A DNA stretch of 44,474 nt from NCBI GenBank assembly GCA_963758915.1, contig CAVWXH010000018.1:1-44474 (forward strand), in the 5' to 3' direction. The notes beneath the pieces were generated by a model. The model ran no database searches. It was not told the origin of the DNA and worked only from the letters and a program-made list of their open reading frames with translations. This DNA comes from an uncultured Methanomicrobiales archaeon (GTDB taxonomy: Archaea; Halobacteriota; Methanomicrobia; Methanomicrobiales; Methanospirillaceae). The translations under genes and the position numbers were made by a program. How positions within the stretch are numbered: position 1 is the first letter of the stretch; each line of letters opens with the position of its first letter. Of the stretch, positions 1 to 11,715 are shown one piece after another.

Positions 1-278
1 ACCTCATTCCCGCATGCATCGATGAGTGCCTGTACCACGAGCCTGGCGAGGCCACGCCCACGGAATTCATCAAGGGTGAAGACCCCGTCGACTTCGTGGC
101 CGTCCGGGTGGAGCCGGCACCTCGCAACCGCAGCGAGCGTCCCGTCGATAAAGGTGCCGAAGATGCGGTCTTCGGAGGGGTTGGGCTCCTGCTGGTGGTA
201 GTGGTACCACACTTCTTTGACAAGCGGGAATTCGGGAACGGTGAGCTCGCGGGTGAGAGGGGTTGTGGTGGTGGGCAT
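1..278 (-). CDS. GNAT-family N-acetyltransferase (partial, runs off left edge; not in ORF track)
   Basis: Manual translation from ATG at 278: MPTTTTPLTRELTVPEFPLVKEVWYHYH...HEVDGVFTLDEFRGRGLARLVVQALIDACGNE; V-x(5)-RGRGLA is the GNAT acetyl-CoA-binding motif A. Confidence 0.8.
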   Translation of the reverse strand, partial: MPTTTTPLTRELTVPEFPLVKEVWYHYHQQEPNPSEDRIFGTFIDGTLAAVARCRLHPDGHEVDGVFTLDEFRGRGLARLVVQALIDACGNE

Positions 279-333
279 GAATGATAATTCTATTATTCAC
301 GGATAATTAAGAAGACTGTTGTGGAATCGCTAT

Positions 334-374
334 CATTATAGCAATGCGACACCCATAGAGGCATTATTGTTATG
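334..374. promoter_or_regulatory. Pair of degenerate CATTA-N3-TAATG palindromic operator-like sites
   Basis: CATTA-tag-CAATG at 334-346 and CATTA-ttg-TTATG at 362-374 (overlapping the ATG at 372). Confidence 0.45.
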
Positions 375-971
375 AAATCCATACATGCCTCATTATCCAT
401 AATTGTTCTGATTATCATTATAGTCCTGGCAGTAATTGCAGGATTATTTCTATTAAGCGGGGGAATTGATGCCCCCCTTTTCTCATTCACTCCTTCGAAA
501 AGTGTTGGTGCTGTACCGGTTATAGAAAATAACAGCCCCGGGAAAATTGGGCTTACCACGGCATTTTCACAGATATTAACAGGGTATATTAAATATCAGG
601 ATGATATCCCGGAGACAGGGATTTTTTCAGCCACCGGGTTACTCCTCGATAATGAAGGAAAAGCAGATAGTTGGCTTTTCATCGCCAGACAACGAAATGA
701 AACAAAATTTATTGAGGTGACCGGGAGGGGGTCTACTACAAATTCATGGACTGGAATAGTGCCGGCTACTGAGATAAATCCCAGGAATATTGTATTACCC
801 GAAGATCTCTTTAAAACCCAACAGTCCAGATTGAAAATGTATGTGGACGACAAGTGGGATTTCTACAGTATTGAACTAAAAAACAACACCTACACATTAA
901 CGTTGAAAAAAGGACCTGAACGAAAAATTTTCGTTTTCCGATCAATAAATGGGGAAATGATTCAGGGGTGA
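372..971 (+). CDS. Membrane-anchored/secreted hypothetical protein
   Basis: 199-aa ORF; N-terminal hydrophobic helix (SIIVLIIIIVLAVIAGLFLL) followed by a polar, Thr/Ser/Asn-rich extracellular-type region; stop abuts the stop of the convergent gene. Confidence 0.7.
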   Translation: MKSIHASLSIIVLIIIIVLAVIAGLFLLSGGIDAPLFSFTPSKSVGAVPVIENNSPGKIGLTTAFSQILTGYIKYQDDIPETGIFSATGLLLDNEGKADSWLFIARQRNETKFIEVTGRGSTTNSWTGIVPATEINPRNIVLPEDLFKTQQSRLKMYVDDKWDFYSIELKNNTYTLTLKKGPERKIFVFRSINGEMIQG

Positions 972-3900
972 TTATTCAAGCCTGATATATACACCCGCTG
1001 GTTTTTTCATCATTACGAAATTATTTGATGACAACTGTGCCCAGTATTTCGGGTTTGTACCGGGTTGTTTGTTGACAAAATCAACATAGAACGTATACTG
1101 TTTTCCACGCTGATATTGGGAGAGATCAACCGAGGTGATATGCATACGTCCGTTTACTACCGGTGCAATTTCAACAGATTTTATCCATGTTGTTGTGTGC
1201 TGGTCCTCGTCAGTGATGTAAATATCCGCAATCACACTCAGGTTCGGACTGGATGGAAGGATCTGGATATCAACGAATAATTCTGCGACGTTTGTATTTT
1301 CTATCACTTCCGCAGTCAGGGCATCGATTGTCAACGTTTTCGTAACATTGACCCCCCCGGTAGTATCCATATTCGGAAGCGCCGTGATGAGCGTTTTTGG
1401 TAGGTACAACTGGCTTGTATTGCCATTAAACGAGACATAGGACCCGACACCAAAAACATCAATATTTCCGGGCTTATTAACCTTCAACAAGTATGAAGTC
1501 ATCCAGGTCTGGTTGAGCTTTGACGGTCCCCACGTTGAATGACAGGACCTTGTCAGACCAGTCGATGGTCTGGTCATAGTAATTAGGTCCATAAATGGGG
1601 GTTTCATTCTTCCAGTAAGACTTGTTCATTGTAGATACCCCGTTTTTATAGACATAATCGAAAACATCACCTGTCGGGACCTGGTTCACATTAACCGTCC
1701 CGTAATTGAGATCCGCCCTTGTTGAAACACCAGCTTCCGTCTGCAAATCTCCAGCTATTGATGTATAAATGGTATCCAGATCCGCAGGTGTTGCAGCCCA
1801 GTAATATTTACCTCCTGTCTGGTTTGCATATACCTTTAATGCGGCCTCATTCCCGGCACTGCCAAGCCGGATTGTGTAAATTGAAATATTCTTTTGTTTT
1901 GCCCATTGAATGATGCTTGTCGTAGATGTAATCCCATCCGCCGGGAAAGACACTGCACCAGAAGCACCCAGCGGGTCTCCCCCTGTATTCCAGTCACCGT
2001 CCGTTAACAGGATAACCGCCGGGATGGCACCTGCCCTTGGACTGGTCCGTAACATTTTTACTGCCCGGTATAATCCTTCCCTCATCGGGGTCCCACCGGA
2101 TGGGACCATCTGATCAATTGAATTGTTCACCGTTGTGTGATTGAAGCTCAGCGTCTGCTCTATTGTCGCCATTGTTCCTGAGTAGTCCCGTGGGTTCCCC
2201 TTGTAATATGCGCTGATATAGGCCTGATGGCTGGATCCTGAATCATATGTCGTCGTATATGGCCAGTAGTCCAATGTGGACGGGTTGGCGCTCATATCGA
2301 AACTTGAGTCCGGGCCAACCCATTTGAAACTTGAACTGCCGATGTACCATTCTGAACCGGATTGAGACACACCATAGCAATATCTCCAGTCATAGTAGTA
2401 GCCATCCAGGTGACGTGTTGCCCATCCGCCTACAGGGCGGTAGCAGTATTTGTCACCATGGATGTACACATAATTCGGTGACATTCTCGCCTGGCCACCA
2501 TCACCCGAGGGATCCCCAAATGAAACAAGCCCGACCCTGTCTCTGAGGGGGTTCATTTTTGAGTTAAACAGTTTCGAGGCGCTCATTGACGCGGTCATCC
2601 GGTCAGGGTTATCTTCCAGCATACTACCTGAACGGTCAGTGCATAGTACTACATCAATTGGTTTCGGCTGCAGGGCCCACCCATCTCCTTTTAACCACAG
2701 GGTAACCGTGACATTATCAGTGACATTTACAACATTCGGTGTGACAAAGGTCTCAGCGCTGAGATAGGGATAATTTTTCCATGTAAGGAGTATACTCTGG
2801 GGTGTCGCATTCCATGTTGCAGTAACGCTGACCCTGCCCGTTGCGGTTTCATCATACTTGGTGTCAGCCCAGTTGGTTGTGAACCCACCGGGGATGAAAA
2901 ATACTGTTGCATACCCGTCACTATCGGTTACCGCCGAGGTATCAACAAGGCGGGGATTTGAAGTGATTGTATAGTTTTCTGCATATGCTGGTGTACCGAT
3001 TGAAAAGGTCACGGTTTCATTCGGTACTCCGTTTCCATTAATGTCTACAACCTTTGCACGGACTTCAGAGGAAAAATCGGGTACTGCATCGATGCTGGGC
3101 ATTGTTTCGGGATTTGCCGTAATCAACATTTCTGTCGCGGTACTGTTGATAAATTTGACGGTATTATTGACGTATGCGCCTGGATTATCGATTGCAACGG
3201 CGTTGAGCGTAACGGTCCCGACCTGGTCTTTGGGCCCGTAGAAGATTTTTACCTGACCAAGATCGGTTGTTGCAGGGAGGTACTGTTCCTCTCCCGGGAT
3301 TGTTGTGCTGAAATTTACTATCCTGTCGCTGACCGGATTTTCATATTCATCATACAACGTGTAGGTAACGAAATACCGGCTAAAGCCATCCGCTGTAATA
3401 TACGGCGGATTGACCGCCGAAGACCCAATCCCGCCTTCAGTCTATCTCGACCCGGCTTAGTATAGTTGCCGGGACCCCATTCGCGATTCCCCTGACGTAG
3501 TATGGCTTCTCGCTAATCGGCATGCTTAAAGGTTTTACAAGAACTGACTGAAAGCCGGGACGGTTTGAAACTTTCAGGGTCGTGTTAAAATTTCCCTGGC
3601 TGTCTACAGGTATTTCCATTGTTTTAACCCAGGAACCCCCGTTTTTCAGGACTGCCAAATCTTCCGGAGATCCTTGTATACTCATATTGATCTTTTCAAG
3701 GGTAGCTGGATTCCGGTTATCCACAACGTTATTCCAGTAGTCTGATATCCTGATTGTTATCGGGTGCTCGGTGCCTACACTTACTACCCCGTTTGGAAAC
3801 GTGTCATAGGTTATGGCATATGGAGTGTCATGATCAATGTTCTGGAGAATTGAATAATACAGATATTTCAGAGGTTCTGACGTGTTGGACCGGTCAGTCT

Positions 3901-4228
3901 TATAGGTAACATTCGCATATACCTCGACAACACCACTTTTTGTCTTTGAATATAGCAAAGACGTACCAATCCCGTCCTGGCCGATAGTAATCGGCACGCG
4001 GTTAATCGCGGCCATATCAGTATTGTTAACGTTAAATTCAACGGAAATTGCCTGTACAGGATTATTATTATCGCGGAGCGTGAGTAGTGCTGAATCTGCA
4101 CCATTTGCAATAAGCCATTCCTTGCTGCTCGTGAATGTCATATTTGGAGTTTCCGGGCCAATGGCAGCTGCTACCCCGGTAAAAGCCATCAGGAGAATTA
4201 ACAGGCAGAGCATATACTTCAGGTTCAT
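972..4228 (-). CDS. Secreted Ig-like (invasin/Big-type) repeat + vWA-domain surface adhesin, paralog 1 (two apparent +1 frameshifts near 3440 and 1522)
   Basis: Joins ORFs 3437-4327, 1477-3357 and 972-1607. Signal peptide MNLKYMLCLLILLMAFTGVAAA; Ig-like motifs (ANGADSA, DINGNGVPNETVTF, TDSDGYATV); vWA MIDAS DRSGS..GGT..LTDG. Removing one base at each junction restores text colinear with paralog 2 (e.g. GTVKLNQTWMTSY vs GTLKLNQVWMTTY). Confidence 0.8.
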
Positions 4229-4380
4229 TTCAGGCACCCCGGATTTGACCAGTCCCTGACGGATTATTGAATTCGCAGCCGATAAGGGCAATATCCCATA
4301 TATCGGGTTCGTTATTCCAATGCCCAACTCGTGACGAATCGGGAGACAGGTTCCAGAGCGCCATTGTAGACCACCTAATG

Positions 4381-4437
4381 CATTACAATAATGTATACTA
4401 ATAAGATCATGTATAGTCGTAACCTGTTATTATAATG
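4381..4437. promoter_or_regulatory. Pair of CATTA-N3-TAATG palindromic operator-like sites upstream of adhesin 1
   Basis: Perfect CATTA-caa-TAATG at 4381-4393; TGTTA-tta-TAATG at 4425-4437. Confidence 0.55.
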
Positions 4438-4709
4438 ATCTTTTTGAACAAAAGATATAGATCTGAAATTAATATCTCAAAAAATTCAGAGGGGTTTTAT
4501 GAGTTTGATCTGAATAAAGACTTATTTAATGGGTTTTACAATGAGTCAGAACTGGCCTATTGACCTGATCATTACTATGGGATAGAATATTGAAAAGAAG
4601 GAAATTTTTTTTCGCCCTGGCAACATCGATCCGGTATATTATCAGAATCACCGGACTGCAACAATATGCTTCGCAAAAAAATAGAAAATAAGGGTTTTTT
4701 TGTAATACC

Positions 4710-7700
4710 CTACTCTAACTTTATATACACACCAGTCGGTTTTGCAAGGACAACAAACCCGTTTGATGTTAACGATGCCCAGTATATCGGGTTTGTCCCG
4801 GGCTGTTTGTTGATGAAATCAACATAGAACGTGTATTTCTTTCCCTTCGGGAACTGCGACAGGTCTACGGATGTGATTTTCATGTTACCGTTCACGATCG
4901 GGCCCAGTTCAACAGATTTTATCCATGTAGTTGTGTGGTGAATCTGTATCGGTGATGTAAATATCGGCCGTTACACTTAAATTGGGAGAGTTGGGGAGGA
5001 TTTTGATATCAACCCAGAGATCTGCCACGGTACCATTCACTGTGGCGGTAAGGTTATCAATGACCAGTTTTTTGGTTGCTTTTTCCTCAGAGAGATTGGG
5101 AAGGACCGTGATCGGGGTTTTTGGAATCGCTAAGAAACTTGTGTTATTGTTAAACGATACAATCGATCCTTCACCAAACGCATCGACAATCCCGGGTTTA
5201 TCGATTGATTGGGCCGACTTTATTGACTTTCAGCATATAGGTTGTCATCCATACCTGGTTCAGTTTCAGGGTCCCGACATCGAATGAAAGGTTATTATCC
5301 GCCCAGTCTGCGGTCTGGTCATAGTAATATGGCCCGTTAATATTAACTGACGGGGTGGTCCTCCAGTATGTCCGGTTCATCGTTGATACAGGATTCTGAT
5401 AGACATATGTGAATACACCCGGTATCGTGCTGTCCACATTTTCCTGTGTTACGTGGACCATCCCGTAATCGAGGTCTGTACTCGTATTCACATACTCTTC
5501 TTTCTGGATCCTCCCCTGGATTGTCAGTAAAGATCACTCAATTTTGAGGGATCCGGGTGAAGTAGTAGCGGTCGATAGGGTTCATATTCCCCGAGGTACT
5601 ATTCATTTCAGCGTATCATTATCAACCCGCGTTGTTCAGGGGGAAACCCGGCTGCATAAATTGTAATTCCCATCGCTTTCGCCCGACTTGCTGCATCAAC
5701 AGCTGCATCTATTGCAATGTCACTTTCATCCACCCAGCCCAGGTTCTGCCGGGGATACCAGTCCGATGGCCAGTATGATTTAATAGATCCGGGTGAAATC
5801 GGCGCCATCATGGGAATCCCGTCCCCCATGATGATGATCGCTTTTTTATGGCCGGTATTATTCTGAGCTTCGAATAACTTAATTGCCGCATTGATACCCG
5901 CAGCATAATCTGTCCCACCCCTCCCCTGGTATTTATTAATTGCAGTAATAAGTTGGGCTTTTCTGCCTTAGTTTTTAATAGGGCAGTCAATTGTTGCATC
6001 TGAATATGGAGTTGAAATAACTATATCCGGTATTGGCGTTCCAGCCTGGGGCGGGATGATAATTCGGGTGCCGTTAATAAGAATCGAATCAGGCGCTTTG
6101 TGCAGTGAGACTGGTCCCATAATGTGGATTTACCAGGCAATAGTCCCAGACACTTCCATAAGGATTGAATAGATTTGGTCGTGGTCGGGACACCTCCTTG
6201 TGCATCATAATAGTGTCTTTGATTCAGTGTTGTACGGCCCCGGGTTGTTATACCCAAACGATACCAATCCAATGGAGGTCGTATTATTTGCGTTATTCAC
6301 GAATGCAATATCTGCCGCTTTTGTATAGCCCAATAACTGGCCACCTCCAATACCTCCTGCAAGATCCGTCACTAATCACGATATCTGCAGGGATCGGTTG
6401 TAACTTGTATCCGTCTCCTTTCAGGCGGAGGGTGATTGTAACATTGTCAGTGACATTGACAACCTGGGGAGAAACCGATGTTTCAGCGCTTAAATAGGGG
6501 TAGTTCTTCCATGTAAGAAGGATAGAGTGTGGTGTTGAATTCCACGTTGCATACGCGTATACCCACCCGGTTGCTGATGCGACATATTTGGGGTCACCAT
6601 ATACACCAAAACCACCCGGAGTGAAGGTGACCGTCGCATACCCGTTGCTATCGGTTACAACCGAAGTGCTGCTGATACTGGGATCTGACGTGATATGGTA
6701 GTTGGGAAAATCAGCATACCCCGGTGTACCAAGGGAGAAGATACACGGTTTCATTCGGTACTCCAAATCCACCTGCGGTCGTAACCCGGGCCCTGATTTC
6801 TGAAGTGGAACCGGCATACGCATCAACACTGGGCATGACCTCGGGGTATGCTGTTAAATTTGACAGGTCCGCCGGTCTTCCGGATATAAAGCTGACCGTA
6901 TCGGTACGCGAAACACTGGCATTTTCAACCGCAGTCACGGTCAGGTTTACCAGGCCTACCTCGTCACTCGGCCCGTAATAGATCTTGACCTCTCCAAGAT
7001 CCGTGCTTGCCGGGAGAACCCGTCCTTCGCCCGATCTGTTGGTAAAGAAATTTAATACCTTGTCACTTACGGGGTTCCCATACTGGTCATACAGCGTATA
7101 GATGACAAAAAATTTTGTGTACCCATCTGCTGTCGCCTCGGGTGGATCAACCGAAGCATCACCGATCCCGCCTACAGCAATTTCGAACCGGCTGGTGACG
7201 TTGGCAGGAATCCCGTTTGCAACCGTTCTCACGTAGTAGGGTTTTTCACTTACCGGCATATCCAGGGGCTTTACAAGGAAGGAGTGGAACCCCGGATACG
7301 TTGATAACTTTATTGTTGCTGAAAAATAACCCAGGCTATCTACCGGTACATCCAGGCCCTTCACCCATTCGGTCCCGTTTTTAATGCCCGCAAGGTCATG
7401 GGGGGACCCCTGGACACTCAGGTTGATCATTTCCTGGGTCCGGGTTCTTGTTCTCTACAAGGTTACCCCATTCATCCCTCATCTGAATTACTACGGGGAT
7501 CTCAGTTCCGACCGTCACGATACCGTCGGGGAATGAATCATAGGATATGTTATAGGGTGTATCATGGTCAATTTTCTGGGGATAGGTATAGGTGATATTT
7601 TTGCACGGGTTCCGACAAGGTCGGTATCATTCACCCGGTAATACACCGTGGCATAGACCAGGACTGTGCCACTTTTTTTCTTGGAGGTTATCTGGGTTGA

Positions 7701-7977
7701 GGCAACACCATCCGTGCCTGTAACCCGGGGTGCTGCAATGATATCTGCCAGTGTGGTATCGTTTATATGAAAATTAACCGGCAAGTTCGGGATTGGATTA
7801 CTTGCATTCACTGCTGTTAATGATAATAATTGCGGTATCCGCACCATTCGCCACTATCCACTCCTTGTTGCTTAAGAGTGTTGTGTCTGGATTATCGGGA
7901 ATAGAGGCACTCACTATACCCACTAATAAAACAGATAACACTATTGAACAGGCAATAATGTATGAAAACCGTCCCAT
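4710..7977 (-). CDS. Secreted Ig-like + vWA-domain surface adhesin, paralog 2 (many apparent frameshifts; sequencing error or pseudogene)
   Basis: Fragments 7798-7992, 7515-7847, 6711-7430, 6293-6829, 5608-5829, 5198-5491 and 4710-4895 are colinear with paralog 1 (KEWIVANGAD, ILLTWKNYPYLSAET, C-terminal KPTGVYIKLE). vWA region reconstructs as DIVIVTDLAGG...IGLVSFG...GGTDYAAGI...IIIMGDG. Confidence 0.75.
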
Positions 7978-8068
7978 GAATTTCGCCCCCACCTTTTTTT
8001 GATATTATTTTTTAATTATATTAATGTTGATCTTAATGCATATATGGGTATTACGTAACAGATCAATA

Positions 8069-8112
8069 CATTATAGTAATGGATCACAATATAGAGTTAC
8101 ATTACAATAACA
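8069..8112. promoter_or_regulatory. Pair of CATTA-N3-TAATG palindromic operator-like sites in the divergent adhesin/pilin promoter region
   Basis: Perfect CATTA-tag-TAATG at 8069-8081; CATTA-caa-TAACA at 8100-8112. Confidence 0.55.
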
Positions 8113-8261
8113 CTGTCAGACCTCCAAACAGGATGGCTGAAAACGGGCGTCCGGCCCTGTTTACAAATTCAATCCTGATATCTCACCAGTACAAGTCATA
8201 ATATTTATTGGACAATAGAAAACAACCAGAAAGCAATGGAACCATCAACTGAGCGAACCCT

Positions 8262-9508
8262 ATGAAAGATGACTCCGGTATCCTGTCAATTGACTTCATT
8301 GCAGGCTTCACAATTTTCATGATTGCGTTCATTATTGTCGTGACGATGGTGTCCGGGCTTCTCGTCAGCCTCCAGAGCCGGACAATCGATTACGATGCAC
8401 TTGCCTACAGGACCGGCGTGATCCTTACCGAGGATGCAGGGGACCCGGGCGGGCCCGGTGACCTGAACGACCCCTATGCAGCAGGATGGGAAGTAAAAAA
8501 CTTTGGTTCAACCCAGGAGAAGAAGCAGATAATCCGGCTGGGGCTTGCACTTTCGAAAAATTATCCCAATATTTTGTCTTCGGCAAAAGTGGATAAATTT
8601 TTTTACCAGAATACTGGTTTAACGGGTGATAACTACCTGGCTTACCGGCAGAAACTGATGCTATTTAATTTTAACAACCAGTACCTCTCAACGACACCGA
8701 CTTTTTACCATTTCAATGTCAGGTTGCAGTCCATTGAAAACCAGTCTGATTATCCAAAAGAATCCGTACCCCGCGTCACATCCTTCCCCAAATATCCTTC
8801 CGCATATGTATGGTGATGACGATTCCAATGTTCAGAATTACGGTTTCAGCCACCGGGTTGTAAAAATCAAGCAGCCGAGCAGTATGACCGTGAACCTGTC
8901 GGAACCCCTTGGCGAACCTAACCAGACGACATTTTCGGTTCAATACGACAAGGAAGATTTCAATTCCACACCCCTGGGAATAACCATGGGATTACGATAT
9001 AATATTGATCCATACAACGAACAGACTGCGATTAATGTAACGTTGAATAATTCAGCACATCGCAGTCCTGCAATCAGTCAGGAGTATCCAGTATTTTAAC
9101 AATACCGGTGGGACACCCTTTGAACAGGATATCTCACCCACTTCACCAACCGTGAAGGTCTACCTGAACTCCGATGGGAAAGCTGACGCGGCAAATCAAT
9201 GGCCTTCATCAACGACGGTTAATCCTCATTCTAACGTCCTAATTGTTGTTGAACCTGGATTCCTCGAAGGGAGCCAGTTTTCCGTAAAAAACGCCTCTTC
9301 GATTTCCCTGAAATGCACATTTTCAGAAAATGTCACCGCAAGAGTGGAGCCAATCCACTATAGTTACATCGAATTAATTCCTGTTCTGGATTAATCGGGG
9401 ATCCTGTCTATGACCCATTCGGGAATCCGATGATGACCACGATACCAAATCCCAACCTGACCATGCCATATCATGATTCCTGCAGTCATGGAGGTAAAAG
9501 TATGGTGA
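8262..9508 (+). CDS. Type IV pilin-like protein A, large (class III signal peptide; frameshifted)
   Basis: Leader MKDDSG|ILSIDFIAGFTIFMIAFIIVV; ORF pieces 8262-8816, 8716-9099 and 9152-9394 continue to a ...PAVMEVKVW stop at 9508 overlapping the next ATG. Confidence 0.7.
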
Positions 9509-10035
9509 ATGATCGCGGGCAGATCTATACCATTGAGGGGGTTACTGCCGGGATTATCATGATTGTCACCGCTTACCTGGTTTTAAGTACAACAACAATT
9601 TTCACCCCGGGTGATGTCCACATCACCGATATGCAACTGGAACAAACCGGGAACGATGCGCTGGCCATGCTTGACAGCCCGGATAGTTATAACCTTGATA
9701 GTGTTCGCCCGAATACCACAGCCCTGAGCATTTTATTCAGCAGGATAACACAACCGGATTTGAATCGGCATTTAACAGTTATCTTAATACAAAGCCGGGA
9801 TCAGCTTCACTGGATAAAATAAAGTATTCCGCAAATATCTTCTATCACAATGGTTCGGGGGATAATTAACAGTTATCCTTTTGGTCAGTTCCGCCAAAAT
9901 CACGGGCAGGGAAAACACCGTCAAGGTGACCAGGCTGGTCCTCGTTGATAATACAGTATCCCAACCAATCCTAATCCTGATCTTCCAAACCGAATGCAGA
10001 TGGTCCTTGTTGAGGTGTTGTTATGGCGAGGATGA
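9502..10035 (+). CDS. Type IV pilin-like protein B (class III signal peptide; frameshifted)
   Basis: MVNDRG|QIYTIEGVTAGIIMIVTAYLVL; terminal piece reads ...MQMVLVEVLLWRG-stop at 10035, overlapping gene C. Confidence 0.7.
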
Positions 10036-10418
10036 ATGATGATGGACAATGGATTGTCCTGATGGGATTTATTGTTGCAATCAGCCTCTTTTTCCTTGCA
10101 ATAGTAATCAGCGAGTCAACCCTTGTCGGCCAGACCACTTCCGAAGCGGTGCTGGATTTTTCGAAGGCCGATATCCAGGACCTGACCATTAAAACGAGGG
10201 ATCTCGCAATATTTAATAATCCCAATATTAACACCACACCAGGGGATAACATCAGAGAAGATATTGAAAAATTGTATGGTGAAAGAAAAGGTGTAGTCAT
10301 CAACATTACAACACAGGATCCCGGTAAGGATCAATGGTACAGAAACGTCACCCTTCACTATAATGACGGAATTACTAACTATGACGCCTACCAGTTGGAT
10401 TATCCCACGGGAGTTTAA
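10023..10418 (+). CDS. Type IV pilin-like protein C
   Basis: Intact 131-aa ORF, MNDDG|QWIVLMGFIVAISLFFLAIVI class III-type leader plus hydrophobic helix. Confidence 0.75.
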   Translation: MARMNDDGQWIVLMGFIVAISLFFLAIVISESTLVGQTTSEAVLDFSKADIQDLTIKTRDLAIFNNPNINTTPGDNIREDIEKLYGERKGVVINITTQDPGKDQWYRNVTLHYNDGITNYDAYQLDYPTGV

Positions 10419-10903
10419 TGATTGATATGGAGCGGGGCTGCAGGTTTAACCGGGATGAGGGGGTTTCAAGCCTGATCGGGTATATCATGATCACCTCAAT
10501 CCTGGTTGCGTTACTGATTATCACCATGCTTGTGTTAAACACGGTGATGATGCAGGAACCGAGTGACAAGCTCAACTATTACGCGTTTACGGATATCAGT
10601 AACGGTGTAAGTACCCGCATTGTTGATGTGTATATGATCGCACCCTTCCCCGGGTCACTGACAACCAAAATTAACCTTCCCGACGATGTTGCCGGAAAAA
10701 CATATTTCGTAGACATTACACCCAGGTTCATCAACGTGGAAAATACGACCGACGAGGTAATTGTCTCACGGGGAAGTGTTAATTACCATGCATCCCTGGC
10801 AGGGATTGGCTCCACCTTAGGGGTGGTAGGGAATACAACAGGGGGAGGATTTAACCGGATCCGCTTTATGTCGGTTCCAGACGAGGTGTTGAAAAATGTT
10901 TAA
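10418..10903 (+). CDS. Archaeal type IV pilin-like protein D
   Basis: RDEG|VSSLIGYIMITSILVALLII matches the archaeal pilin (G/A)|VSxxIG N-terminus. Confidence 0.8.
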   Translation: MIDMERGCRFNRDEGVSSLIGYIMITSILVALLIITMLVLNTVMMQEPSDKLNYYAFTDISNGVSTRIVDVYMIAPFPGSLTTKINLPDDVAGKTYFVDITPRFINVENTTDEVIVSRGSVNYHASLAGIGSTLGVVGNTTGGGFNRIRFMSVPDEVLKNV

Positions 10904-11715
10904 GTATGACGGTTCAGGGGTTTCGGAAGCGATTGGATTTATCATCATCCTGGGTATCGTTGTAACCGGCATTGCACTGGTTACCCTGTCCGGCTATCCC
11001 CTGTTACTGGAACAACAACAAAATGCCAATGTACGGAACATGGAAAAAAATATGATTGTCCTTCAGAGTGACGCAAACCTGCTTACGTATAAAGGCGTCC
11101 CATACCGGGAGACTTCGATGCAGGTAAGTGGAGGAAACCTTCAGGTGATTAATCCAAATCCATCATTCCGAATCCTGGTAATTCTAATTTTTCTATTAAT
11201 ACCATCGTGCCTGACCCTGGAAACCCAAGTAATGATACTGTCATAATAGTCTCTCCAACAACATGTACATCCGGGACTTCTCCAGTACAATTCAGATTCG
11301 GCAAATGAAATAATCGCATTGCAGAACGGGGCGGTGGTAACAAACGGATTCAGCGAAGGAGGGCTCAACAATGCTATCAGAGCCCGGTGGTTCCTTGATA
11401 ATAAGACCCTCATACTATCACTAATTAATATTAAATCGGTGGGTGATCTTTCATCAACGGGTATTGGAACAGTCCAGATGAGTGTGATCCAGGAAGATAC
11501 AATAGATAACACGAGCAGCTCATGTTCCATACAATGTTGAGATCTATTATGCCGATAACGGGGAGGGTTACAGGAACGCATGGAGGAACTATTTTAATAA
11601 TAAGCAGGTATTCGGACCAACCAGTTCGGTAACAGAAAACCGATTGAAGGTGACGATAACAGACGTTGAGCGAATCGTTATCAAGAATTTTACAATTACA
11701 GTCCACAATTTATAA
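10896..11715 (+). CDS. Archaeal type IV pilin-like protein E (frameshifted)
   Basis: DGSG|VSEAIGFIIILGIVVTGIALV; pieces 10896-11246 and 11319-11540 continue to ...KNFTITVHNL-stop at 11715, followed by T-rich sequence. Confidence 0.7.

Noticed and set aside
70-300. ORF-track entries 70-300 (-) and 96-284 (+)
   Set aside because: A different minus-strand frame encodes a clear GNAT protein running off the window edge.
972-7977. Diversity-generating retroelement acting on the duplicated adhesins
   Set aside because: No reverse transcriptase in the window, and paralog differences do not look adenine-specific; this is ordinary gene duplication.
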